Shown one piece after another: positions 27,106 to 40,466 of a DNA stretch of 64,000 nucleotides. Source of the stretch: Octopus sinensis (Eukaryota). A program made the translations under genes and the position numbers. A model generated the notes under the pieces. The model was not told the DNA's origin. It saw nothing but the letters and a program-made list of their open reading frames with translations, and ran no database searches. The stretch covers positions 124,124,001 to 124,188,000 of the forward strand of contig NC_042998.1 in assembly GCF_006345805.1 (NCBI RefSeq), written 5' to 3'. Every line of letters starts with the position of its first letter. Positions within the stretch are counted from its first letter, which is position 1.

Positions 27106-27134
27106 CCTACGGACGTACGTTTCGAAATTAAGTT
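27106..27134 (-). ncRNA. 3' half of the same hammerhead (copy B) with intact helix III and GUC cleavage triplet
   Basis: Minus strand AACTTAATTTC-GAAA-CGTACG-TC-CGTAGG. The 5' half is replaced by the fold-back arm. Confidence 0.7.
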
Positions 27135-27393
27135 TTAGATTGCCGTCATTTCTTTCTCTCTTGCCTGTATGTGTTGACCTTTCAAGTGCTGTGGTTTTAC
27201 TGAGATCTCCCTTTTAGTAGAAAGAATAGCTATAACTCTTTGACTGCTATTTCTAAATTCGGTGTGTGGTGAGACAAATCGTTGCTAAACCCTTAATTAC
27301 TTAGTATTACTTAAACTTTCCTCGAATGAGGCTTTTACATGCCGAAATCTACTTGGTGAAATTAATGATTATTCCAAATTAATTAATTTCACC

Positions 27394-27395
<2 letters not shown>

Positions 27396-27450
<55 letters not shown>

Positions 27451-27870
27451 GTATGTATATATGTATGTATGTATGTGTGTATATATATATATATATGTAT
27501 GTATGTGTATGTATGTATATATATATGTATATATATATGCATATGTATATATATGTATATGTATGTATATGTACATATATATATATATGTATATGTATAT
27601 ATATGTGTATGTGTATATATATATACATCTATGTATGGATGCGTATATATATATGTATGTATTTTTATATAAATATATATATATATATGCACATATATAT
27701 GTGTGTGTGTGTATATGTATATATATATGTATGCGTATACGTATATATATATACATGTGCACATGTATAAAGATACATATGTGTATGTGAGTACATATAT
27801 GTGCACGTGTTTGTGTGCGTATCCGTGTGTGTGTACATATATGTGCACTTGTGTGTGTGTGTATCTGTGT
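27396..27870. repeat. Long (TA)n/(TATG)n/(TG)n compound microsatellite
   Basis: Read directly. Confidence 0.95.
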
Positions 27871-28106
27871 GTGTGGGGGGGGCGGTGTACTAGAGTTGGA
27901 AAATGAAATTTATAGATATAGAACCACACTGTCGGTCAGACGGGCAGAAATATATATATGCGCAAACATACATTGACAGGTAGATTGATAGACAGACAGA
28001 CAAATAGATAAGTAGATAAATAGATAGAGAGGGATAGAGCTAGGGCTAGATATATATATATATATATATATATATCTATATATATATATATTATATATAT
28101 ATATAT

Positions 28107-28153
<47 letters not shown>

Positions 28154-29613
28154 AGCCTCGTATGCTAACTGAACCCAGAAAGAATATGTTTTTGTAAAGA
28201 GGATATAATATACCAATGTGTCAGTAAGTCGAGAATAAGCTGTGTTATTTTATCTATGTAGCTGTTATTAATGATATATTGTTCAGATATCGACACCATT
28301 AATAAAGTAAGCTCACTTAAATATTATGTTTAAATTGCTAAGAAGGACACTTTTTACTTTGTAGGCAGAATATACTACCTGATGTATTGAAGTTTTACAA
28401 ATGGACTTTACACTCGTGTTCGCGGTCGGACACATGCGCAATACTATACAATATTGACTTGTAAATCTTGGATATAGTTGCTAGTATATTATGATTGCAA
28501 AACGGAATACTGTATCCCTGCTAGCTATTGATGTTTATTAACCAGCTTCCAGGAATGCGTTTAATATGTAAATTTGTTTATCCAATAGCGCTGCAGCACT
28601 AAACTTTGTAGGCATATACACAGTGGGTTTGTGGATTGTTGTTGGGTTGGATGTGGTGCTGATGAAATAGCAATAACTCTCGAAATATGCGTATACACCC
28701 ATTACTAATTTCTTCTATCTCCGATTCCATTGTTTATGCAAACGTATTTGTATATGAAACGTCGTAACTTTCAACGCTGGCAGTGTCTTTTATAGAAAAC
28801 CTTTAGAGATAAAATTGAATATTATATAGTTGCTGAAAGGATAATAGCTAAGTCTGTTTTATTATGACTATATCTTATGAAATTTTTTCTAGTGTTCGGT
28901 CATATGAAATATATTCCGGGTGGGGGTCGTCCACTGTGTTTATTTTTTACTTGAGTTCACTTTGTCATGTTGATATGAGTTCTACGTTGTCCTTGTACAT
29001 TTTCCTAACTCAAGAATACTGTAATAAATGTTATATGCTCCTAATATCATTTTTAACGTTTACTATGGGACGATGACGGATTCGACAATACTAAATCTGC
29101 TATTTCGTTTATGCTGTTATCCTCCCTGATTGGCAAAACATATGACCGAATGAAGTACAGTTTTTCGGCGTAGATTATCTCTAAGCGTATTACTCATTAT
29201 AACCCCTTTACTTATAAAGATTATTTGATGAGAAGTGAGCAAGAGGTGGCCTATGATTTCTATTATGAAAGATGTCTGGAGATAGGCGTTCTCTTTTGTT
29301 GCTGCTTTGCTTAGCAGCTCCAGAGAAGCAGAAGTACAGCCAAAGCTATTTCTATTGTTAGAATTTTGCATATCCACCACTGCGCCCGGGACTATAATTC
29401 CTAAATGTGTGTGTGCATGAGTGAGTGAGTGTTTCTGTATGTATATAAGTCAAGTAATATTGAAGAAGTTCAAGTGGGATGCTTTTCAGCGACGCAATAC
29501 CCTCGGAAGAAATTAACTCTCCTAACAGACGTCTGTGATAAAACATAGAATTGTAGGACGCATGTATTTGTGCGTTGTTACATGTCCGAGGATACGAATA
29601 CAAATGTCTCTAT

Positions 29614-29668
<55 letters not shown>

Positions 29669-29872
29669 TATATATATATATATATATATATATTGATAAA
29701 AACGTGAGATAACAAAAGAAAGAAAGAAACCTCGATAGTATGTGTATAGAAGAATTTATTTGTACATATATATACATACATAGAGATGGCGGCGTGAATT
29801 TCCACCTCGGCATCCGAAACTCGGAATTTTATCTTGGCTACCGAATAATTGTCACATATTACATTTACAGAT

Positions 29873-29903
<31 letters not shown>

Positions 29904-30539
29904 ATATATATATTATATATATAATATATATAATATATATATATATATGTATGTATGTATATATTAGAAAGAAGAAATGAAAAGGCAAAACATATAGTAT
30001 CTGTTTAGATCGTAGAACTTTTAATTCAAACGTAATTACAGAATAAGAGTGTAAGACGTTATGCATAAAGTTTCTTACAGCTCTTTCTAGGGTAGCTGCG
30101 CATATGGTGAATAACTCATTGATACTTCCATATCAAGCCAACTACTTCAATCATCACAGTAGAAGAATTAGGGAATAAGAATTAGGGAATGCCTTTAATA
30201 AAGGATATACGTTAATTCTTCGGCGATGTGACAGGTAACTACTAAAACCCCTTTATGAAGAATATTCCTTAATTCTTCGTCTCTGAAGACGGAATATTAT
30301 CGGGTATTATATGGAAAATTTTGCTAACGAATACATTCACCTTATGCCCAGCTACTCTGGAAATAGCGTTAAGGAAGTTATTGCACAATATTTTAATCCC
30401 ATTTACTCTAACAACTGTGCGGCTATCTTTGAAATATAAATACCATTCCAGTTTAAGTCGGAGTTTTAGTGGTAAAGCAACCTAAGCACTTATTGTATAT
30501 ACGTATTGTTGTCATTAGCCGAAAGTTTATCTGTAATAC

Positions 30540-30901
<362 letters not shown>

Positions 30902-32677
30902 CATTAGTAAGCTATCCAATATATCCATATCACATCTGTAGCAGTAAATGTCTGCAGCCTTTGCTTTTATTATATCAGACGATTTTGTACCGCATAAATC
31001 TTCTAAATTAATCAAACCCCATTGGTTTTGAATCTCTTTCACAGATTCTGCATTTGTTTACTTTTTTATATTTATTCTCTGAATCATGATAGAAGAATAA
31101 TTTAAATGTATTACTTAAAAGCGAAAGAAAAGTAAATATGTGAACGGGAGAGTGTGTGCTTGTGTTTTTGTTTGTGGGTGCATGTGAGTGTGCGAATTTT
31201 ATGTGCCTATTGGATTCTATTAAGAATACAAGAATAGGTTCGATGATACCGAGAAGACATAGAGATGGTGGGAATACGTGGAAAGAATTAACTTTAAACC
31301 AATAGATAATAGGTTAGCATAGCGAATTGAACAAAAGTCAAGAAAAACTAAACATGAATATAGACATGTATAAGTTTATGAGATGGGTGCGATGGGTAAA
31401 CTTTTCAGAAACGTCAATGAATAAGATGTATTTATCCAAACAACGATTGATATAACAAGTCATATTCGAAACGAACTATATATCTTCTAGCTGTTGTTGG
31501 TCTCTTTGTCATCACAGCCATTGTTCACGTTGTTTTTGGTGTGGCTGTAGTTGTTATTCTTACTTATATTGTTGTCCATGAAATGCGTTTGGTAACTTTT
31601 ACGTTCTTATTTATTTGGCTTCTGAAAGTTATATCTTCACTCCCCACACCCTTCTTCTCTCTCTGCTGCCTTTTTCTGTTTCATTTTACCAATAGTTGGT
31701 GTTTTTTTTTTGCATTATATTTTCATGTCACTGTTTATCATTTATGTCTTATAGCTTTTATTTTATTTTTATGTTATAAACGCATGCACATATATATATA
31801 TGTATGTATATGTACCGACGTACAAATATATGTGTGTGTTTCTGTAGATAGGTACGTAGGTAAATACATACATACACACCCAAGCATTCTTTTATATTTT
31901 TCTACGTAATACTTTTTTTCTGGTTTCGATTATATTTCTTCTTTTTTTATTTCTCTTATTGTAACTTTCCTGGTTATATTGATAGTGACCTCGCAGGTCA
32001 TTGGCAGCCTTCAACGCTATTTATTGAGAATAATATTTCATACTATTCTCTACCGCCGCCACAAACTGCTGGATATTAGGAAATCGAAATTGGTTTTCTT
32101 GGCTCGTTTCCATTGGAGCATGCTATTATCCTATCTCTTAATCAACGTCCTGTTGATCGAACCTCTTTTATATTCTTCTTTCAATTCTTAAAGCTTTTTC
32201 TCTTCTTTTTCCTCTTTATTATTATAATCATATCCTCGTTCTCCTTTTCATCTTGCTTTTTCCGTCCTTGTTATTTTCCTTTAATTTCTTACCCTTTTTC
32301 GCTTTTCAATTCATCGTCTTCATGTGATAATTTTTCCATTCCTTCCCTACTGTCCCAAATTTCCCAACTCCCACTGATTCCACCATCATCATCATCATAA
32401 TCATCATCATCGTCATTGCCACAAGAAAGGCCTCAATCCCCAACAACCCTATTACCTTTATCACAAACAGTAGCAACATCAGAGGCAGCATTAACAACAC
32501 AAGTATGATCACTGTGTGTGCTTTCTTCGACAAATGTTTTGTTTGTTTTATTTACCAAAAGAACCTATATTTTACAGGTAGTAGAAATCTTAAACTGCAT
32601 AATATGTTAATCACTGCACAAATACGAATAAATGGGGAAGCACATTACGTGTAAAAGAGTGGATAAATATATATTTG

Positions 32678-32738
<61 letters not shown>

Positions 32739-32818
32739 TATATATAATATATATATATATATATAATATATATATATAATATATATAATATATATATATA
32801 TATTATATATATATATAA

Positions 32819-32890
<72 letters not shown>
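32678..32890. repeat. (CT)n-(CA)n-(TA)n compound microsatellite
   Basis: Read directly. Confidence 0.95.
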
Positions 32891-32893
<3 letters not shown>

Positions 32894-35800
32894 CTCTATT
32901 GATATTATCAAGTGCAACATAAGAAGTATATATTTACATATATTTTTATGCTCAATAAATATATTTTCAGACAAATGTATACGGATACTTGCATATTTTG
33001 CAAAGCATACATGATAATATACGTGTGCTTATTTGTGTGTGTGTATCTATGCGTTTGTGTGCATGTGCCTGCGTGCGTGCGTTTGTGTGTGTGTGCCTGA
33101 GTGTATGTGTATATGTGTTGGGTGTGTGTATGTGTGTACGTGTTGTTGTCTGCGTTCATAAGGTGGGTAGCGCCAAAATAACTTATGTGTTTTACATGTT
33201 TCAGTATCAGGGTGAATATGCATATGTGTGTGTTTTTTTCTCTATCTATAGAAGTATATATCATACTGTGTTACGTTTGCCGACTAATAACTGACTTAAG
33301 ATAGTTGGCAGAATCTTCTAAGATTTGTTTACATGTCATGCATGTATGCGAAATCTGAACGCTTGATGTCTCTACGCTCAGCATAATTTAACTTCAGAGT
33401 TTACAAACCTGACGTTTAGACTAAAGGCCGGTGAATATAAAGTTAAAACACCGCTGGTAGCTTGCAGAGAAAATTATAGTGTTGTGGAGGAACATCAAAA
33501 TACCTACGTGAAAAGAAAACAAACACGAAATGGAAGAGCTCACAAAAGAAAAGATCTAACAAATCAAGCACAAAATAAAATGAAATAAAGCAAGATAAGA
33601 AGGCAAGAATGCAGCATTCTCTGGTAGAATGATAGCGAAAGCAGTAGTTCAAAATAATATTTGCTCATATGAATATGGTATATAAAGAGGTGAATAAAAT
33701 TTCCCCACAAATTGCATATCTTTAATGACGTGCGTTGAATGTTGTTTAATAATCATTTAATGTAAACACTATATAACATGGAATATTATAACCAATCACC
33801 TTTATCTCAGTATACTCTTATTAACTTACTAATGGGTAATATGGAAGCTAGTAAATGTGTATTTAACAGCATGTTATCAGTAACGTGGTATTAAAAGATT
33901 ATTATATCTAAGAGCTTAATTCTACCAAATGTAAATACATTTAATATCAGTGACACAAAATTCGATTGCGTATTTGTAAAATAACAGATGTAAGCGTGGA
34001 AATGAATGGTGCTGAGAGGAAGTTTCTGTGGGAAGGTTTGGTTAGAGATATATCAACGATATATGGTTCTACCGCGTATATAATAATTGGAGATGTTCAA
34101 CAACTATACGAGTGAAGAAGCATATTTTACTGATATAACAAATTTTTACTTGAAACGAAATGAATTTAATTTAACGAAGCACTTACCGCACATGAAATAA
34201 GAAAAGACATATAAACACGCACAAATACACACACACACATACACATACATACAACACATACACACACATTCACACACAAAAAAAAATTAAGTACTTACAG
34301 CATTATGTAGGGATTATTCTTTTTGAAACTATTGTTTTTATCAATTTCTCCTCTCAATTTCATTCTTCACAGCAACTGAAACATAATTCAATAAATGTCG
34401 TTAAAAAAAAATTATATGTAATTCGTGATGGCGACTGAATGAACTCTCGGTACGAATAAATGCACACATCAGCTTCAGGTGAAATTGCTAGAGGGAAATG
34501 GTGACCATTAAGAATATTTAACTGATGATATAGAATACTGATCTCAGAATAGTAGATAACTTTTATCGGTAGTCAAAATGATAGCAGTTAAAATTGACAG
34601 CTAAAGGAAGAATATTCACCACGCGAGGGCAGTGTCAATAAAGAAATATTCTCTTTTAGTTTTCTAGATTATGTTTCTTTCACGTGTATTAGAATATTTG
34701 TATTAGAAAAAATGGAGTGGCAACCTTATTTTAGAGTTGAAAATACTTGTCTACTTTTGAGAATGTAATAGCTGTTGAAGCAACAAAACACAAATAGGTA
34801 GAAGTGACAGGTGTACTTACACCACCTTAAATAACTCCCGTGTCGTAGTACTACTCTGTTCATATTGGTGTTGGTGTTGTTGTTATCAATCCAGAATTAC
34901 TGTACAAGCTATATTCCACGTGTTATAATATATACTTTGTAATCTGGTGTGAAGAACGCTAAGTTGGTATGTAAAAGGAGTTTCTCTTATTTGTTACAGA
35001 AGAAAGAAACTAGTTAGTGATTTAGGTTGGAAGAGTTGGCATAATTATAGAAGAAACGGTCGAAAAGGCATTTTTAAACGGGTTCTCTACGCCTGTACGC
35101 ATATTTTACAGACGCCATATATCTCTTTCATGAAATAGCTAGATCATATAAAAAGAAGTTACTCAGAGCATTATCGATGCAGAGGGAGTATTTCATTTAA
35201 AAAGCTATTGATGCTTTACAATTGTAAATATATTTCAATACACTCTGGTGTTACTTGAAAAGTTAGACTGAACATGTGACGGAACTGAGCGATATAAACA
35301 GAGTAAATGATGGGCCCTTATGCAGCTTTTTGAATTATCCGTTCTCAGCTAAATTAAACTTATCTCTAGAGATGACCTCTAGAACTCAAAGCTAGCACAG
35401 CAAGTTATGACGTTCCGTAAATAATAACGCTCAAGTAAATAATGCCATCGTGGATAGAAAACTAGGTAATATGTGTATATGTGTATTTCAAGAATTATTA
35501 CATTTTCATCACATTCACATGGAACTCATTAACTATTAATGAACAATTTGCTTAGATAGGCATTAACTTTGGCAGTGTACATCAAATGCAAGACCAATTT
35601 ACATATTAAACATCAACTGCTGGCAAGTACACAGAATTTCGTTTTGCAACCATGATATACTACTAACTATATTCTTGGTTTGCAAGTCAACATTGTGTCT
35701 TATCTTGTGTTAGCAGTGCAATATTTTCACATTTAAAAATTTATCTCAATAGATTTTCTACAGAATTCAGGAGCAGCACTGCAAGTTACGACGTTTTATT

Positions 35801-35995
35801 AGCGCATACGCCTATGTAAAGAATGTGATCGAAAATAGTCAAATATGCATTTATCCAGTATTATTGCTCTTTCATCAGCATCACATTTAACCCATCACTT
35901 ATTCAGGCACTGTTTCTCTATCCATTACTGTTAGTGGTGTAAGTACAGAGTATTATTAAAGGCAGTTTGGAAAAAATGCATTGCCATTAGTAATT

Positions 35996-36130
35996 ATTTC
36001 ACTGTGGAAGAGCGTAGGCTCGAAACGTTAAAGACTTTTTCAATTCCCTAGCGTTATACTAATACATCTGTTTGTTTTCTACACCACCTGTCTTCGTCTT
36101 TTGTTTTTGTTTTTCGTGAATTTTCTCTCT
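35996..36130 (+). mobile_element. Short PLE-like 3' fragment with HHR-like motif
   Basis: CTGTGGA-A-GAGC-GTAG-GCTC-GAAA-CGTT-AAAG, then a T-rich tail into (TA)n. Same family as 56733-56860. Confidence 0.7.
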
Positions 36131-36149
36131 ATATATATATATATGCACG

Positions 36150-36357
36150 TCTGTGTGTATTTGTGTCTGTGTTTATCCCCCATCACCACTTGAAGTCGAG
36201 TATTGATGTGCTTATATCCCCGCAGCTTAGCGATTCAGCAAAAGAGTCCGATACAATTAGTACCAGGCTTTAAAAAAATAAGTCATGGGGGCAATTTTTC
36301 AAGCAAAAATGAAAGGCAGCGCTCCAACATGGTCAAATCTAATGACTGAAACACAAG
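36150..36357 (+). mobile_element. Diverged SINE family B 3' half
   Basis: CTTAGCGATTCAGCAAAAGAG...AAGGCAGCGCTCCAACATGG...TGACTGAAAC. Confidence 0.8.
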
Positions 36358-36360
36358 AGA

Positions 36361-36397
<37 letters not shown>

Positions 36398-37510
36398 CAA
36401 GAAAGAAAGAAACACAGAGAGAGAAAAAGAGAGAGACGGGGGAAATAACCACGTACAGAATATTTCGTCCATCCATAATTACCTCGCTTAGAAACAAATA
36501 AAGGACAAGTTAATCGAAGATAAAAGAAACATTCTTCAATACAAAAGTGAATTGCGGATTTTTGTATCATTATCAAGTTGATAGTAATTGCCTTGAATAT
36601 ATTCTAATATATATACAACTTTCAAGATATAGTATGACCAGTGTTGGTTGTAAGATAAATATCAATTTAGATAAGAGAAAATAATCAATATAAAAGACTT
36701 GAACGCTCTGAACGCTATATACAGAAGCTATGTCACTACGGTTTTCGAAAAAATGTACAGAAGTACTTAAAGAGAAATAATAATGACTACAGAAGTCAAG
36801 AATGATCTCTCGATTAAGGGTTTTTTATTGACATTTTACATGACTATTAAATAAGAACAAGCTTTCCGCAAAGAATATATACAACGCGAAGGGAAAAAGC
36901 TAATATGAGATGCATGGCAGCTTCAATACATTTGTATTCTATATAGCATCCGCAGTTTGATTGTTCGCTAATGTATGGACCGGCAGCTAGGAATAACAAA
37001 GATATCGAAACAGTATTATTCCGTTTACAAGTCATTCTGTAAATGCAAATCACTGAGTATATTACGTTAGATGGCGATATATTTTGCATTGAAAAGCCTA
37101 GGAATTAAGAAGTACTGTATCATTCTCACTAACACAATTATTGCATGATAACGCCATTAAAAGGTTTACGTAGTGAATGTCAGTATTTCCTGTAAGTATT
37201 TAAACACATTCATATAAGAGAGCCACCGTAAATTAATATGGTTAGGAACAAGAACACTATTTATAATTGGCACTGCTACAGCCGAGCACAGAAGAGTATT
37301 AAAGCACCTACATTTCTAACAAATATAAACGAAGGGAAATGAAACTAATCACTACTTATAGTCCAGAACACCGTTAACTATGGAGACTAAGCTCAGAAAA
37401 TGTAAGAGATTATGTTCTGTACTGTTCCATCATTTTCGCTCTTTCTCTCTCGCTGTCTCTCTCCTACTTTATGCTTACATTCACATACATACACACACAC
37501 ATGTATTGTA

Positions 37511-37557
<47 letters not shown>

Positions 37558-39169
37558 TATATATACATATATATATATACATATATATATATACATATAT
37601 ATACTAAAGGCTTACACGCATATGCGTGTGTAATGTATGTGTGTGTGAGTGTGTAGTGTGCGTATGTATTTGTTTGTGCTCAAGTGTACTTATGTCTATG
37701 TATGTGCTTTATATACGAGATATTTTTATGTGCACAAAAGTTTTTCCGAGGAGATATAAAATTTCTATTGATAATATATGCCAAGAAGCATTATGAGTCA
37801 TCGTTATATCACTTCACAAATGTAGATGGCATTTTAACTGTTCTGCCAAGCTGTTAAAAATGCTTTATTTCTCAGTTTCCAACTGACGAATAACAATTAC
37901 ACATATCGTGCCAATAGTTAAAACAGAGCAATAGTTTCTCGACGAATTTAACACCATTTTACGAGATGAAATATTCGATATGTAAACGGTTTATTAACTT
38001 TCTTGTTTCTGCTTCCTTAAGCCTGACTTTAGTACATTTCTAAACACTCAAATTCCCTTCAAAGTTATCGAACTTGCTGCAGTAGTTATTTCAATGTTAC
38101 AAGTTTACAAAGTAATAATTAAAACTACCCGGAGTTGTGGAAGTTGCACGTTATAAAGATATTCTTCTATTTCATAGATTTATTGATCTTCATAACAGTT
38201 TCATTACGTGGAATATTTCTATTATATCTTCGATCACATCACATAATTATGGTTGTTTAAAAGGTAATAGCTCAGTCTGTTTTATTATGCTAAAGATTTC
38301 CATGCTGTCTTTTTCTATTTCTTTCTATAATTAATCTTTGCAGTGCAGCACTCGATCCAACAAACATTGTGACAAGGAGAAAGATAAAGACAATTTACAT
38401 TATATTGAAGAATTTTCACATTGCTACAAGTGATGGTGAAACTCCGTCCATGAATAATATATATTTTATACAAATGCTACTCGATGATACTATGAGATGA
38501 ACTTAAATCTGAAGTGAACCAAACTACTGCAATAAGAAGACTTTATGTTAGACACTACGTCGGTGGCAGAAAGGGTAGATGACAATTGCATTTCGCGTTG
38601 CATGTATGACCAAAATTTTTCAATGCTGCCTCGATGCACCTGGGCCCTCCGGTTCCATTGAATTGCTTTTGCTCCTGTATTTCGGACAACGTACATAACG
38701 AGGTAAAAGTAGCCATTACTTTCTTTTCTTATTTTATCTATTTTATTTTTGAATACTCTGGTTTAAGAAATGGTATAAAGCAATTCTTGCGCAGCTGCAT
38801 CAAGTACCATACGTTTTCTGTCAACATTCTCTGAGCGATGATCTTGTAATTCTTCTATTGAAGTTTGTTGTTCCTTGTTGCAATACTTTGGCTAAACCTA
38901 TTCTACGTTGATTTAATTTCCACTTTTATTCTCTGGGGGTTGCGGTGTTGCTGACGATATTAGTTTTATAAGCTCTATCACCAGTTTTAGAATAATCTTT
39001 GAATAATCAGAGAGTGACCAATTCTTCATACTGATGGATGCGAACTTGATTGGTGTTGTTCAATAACATCAGAAGAAATGTTTTTCCGTTATATTTATTT
39101 ATATGGAAAAATGCATATTTTACAGTGGTTCATCTATATTCAACAATGCATTAATTAGATAATAAATTA

Positions 39170-40050
39170 CACTGGTCAACAAAATACAACTTTTATTTTC
39201 TGGCATAAAATCTTAGAGTTGTTTTAGACTAATTTGGGGGAGCTGATTCCAAAAGCAACCTTAGATTTGCCCTATCATATTACATGTTTGTGCCAACGGT
39301 ATATTCATTTATTTACCTGGAGCATACCAAACGTTAATTTTACACCACTATTTGCAAGAATTTTGGTTGGATTGCCATGCTAATTTTTAATATCTTCAAG
39401 CGGGGTTTTGCTTTAAAACTCTATCTCTTCCATTCAGGTGTAAACTGAATCACGGTGATCTAGTTGTAAATTAAATATCATAAAGAAGAATGTGCTGTAA
39501 TGACCCCGATATCTCTGTTACATCTGTAGAAACTTCATTCCATTGGCTCAAATGTGCATGGTTAATAACTTTGTCAAGGTGTATCTTGCTTACTTTAAAG
39601 TAGCACTTGGAAACCAGAACAATACCAGGGATCCCTACGAAGTATACAAAACTTCTGTTGAAACTTAGTATGATGAAGCAATTACTCATGATCAGAGTGG
39701 AGATTGCTTCAGATATATATGTACAAACTTTCCAAATCTAAGTGATGAGAAGAAGGCAGGAATATTTGATGAACCGAGAGCAACAGAGGCTAGAGCTTGA
39801 ATGCCTTCTCTGATGTGGTGCGGAATTTCCTTGGAAACAGGAAAACTGACCACTATCTAGAGATTGTGGTGCAGCTGCTCTTGTGTTTGCAAACACTTGG
39901 ATGTAGGGTGAGTATTAAATCGCTCTAGTTACACAGCTACTTGCGTGAGTTTCCAGAGAACTTGGGTGGTGTTTGTGAAGAACAAGGTGAACTATTTCAT
40001 CAAAATGTATAAGTAATGTGGAAAAAATATTGTCTATAAATAGATATCGT
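39170..40050 (+). mobile_element. Decayed, internally deleted DNA transposon, CMC/Chapaev3-like
   Basis: Begins CACTGGTCAACAAAATAC. Frameshifted translation gives YLAYFKVALGNQ; GDCFRYICTNFPNLSDEK.KAGIFD; AFSDVVRNFLGNRK..HY.E.V; LGC..SIK...LHS.L..FPENLG.V.EEQGELFHQ. Superfamily name is from recall of these motifs. Confidence 0.75.
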
Positions 40051-40408
40051 GAAGCAGTATGCTACGGCACATCATAACTTTTCAAAATTTTACCTCCGCT
40101 TCCACAAAGGAAGCTTCACGCAACAATGTCTGAAGTATTATCAATATTGCCACGCCGAATAGTCGGTGCGAAACTGAAGATAACTTTTTGAATAGTGATA
40201 TACCGTAACGGGCATAAAAACATAAACCCTGTTTTTCTCATATAGAAACAGTGACGATATTATAAATAAATATGTATGTGTGTATGTATATATGTGTGTG
40301 AATGTGTATATATATATATATTTATATATGTATGTGTGTGTATTGATATATATATATATATAATGTACATATTTATATATATATGTGTGCGTATATATAT
40401 GAATATAT

Positions 40409-40466
<58 letters not shown>

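Larger units (their letters stand above)
26341..27393 (-). mobile_element. PLE- or retrozyme-like non-coding element: partial tandem (575-nt period) plus inverted arm, flanked by (TA)n
   Basis: 26341-26555 repeats at 26916-27138. 26830-27087 is inverted at 27136-27393. No ORF of 60 aa or more. HHR motifs present. Confidence 0.85.

Noticed and set aside
30164-30190. Two TTAGGG hexamers
   Set aside because: A single ~14-bp local duplication, not an interstitial telomeric array.
32230-32530. Acidic or lysine-rich coding-like stretch on the minus strand
   Set aside because: Low-complexity (CAT)n and pyrimidine tracts with several in-frame stops.
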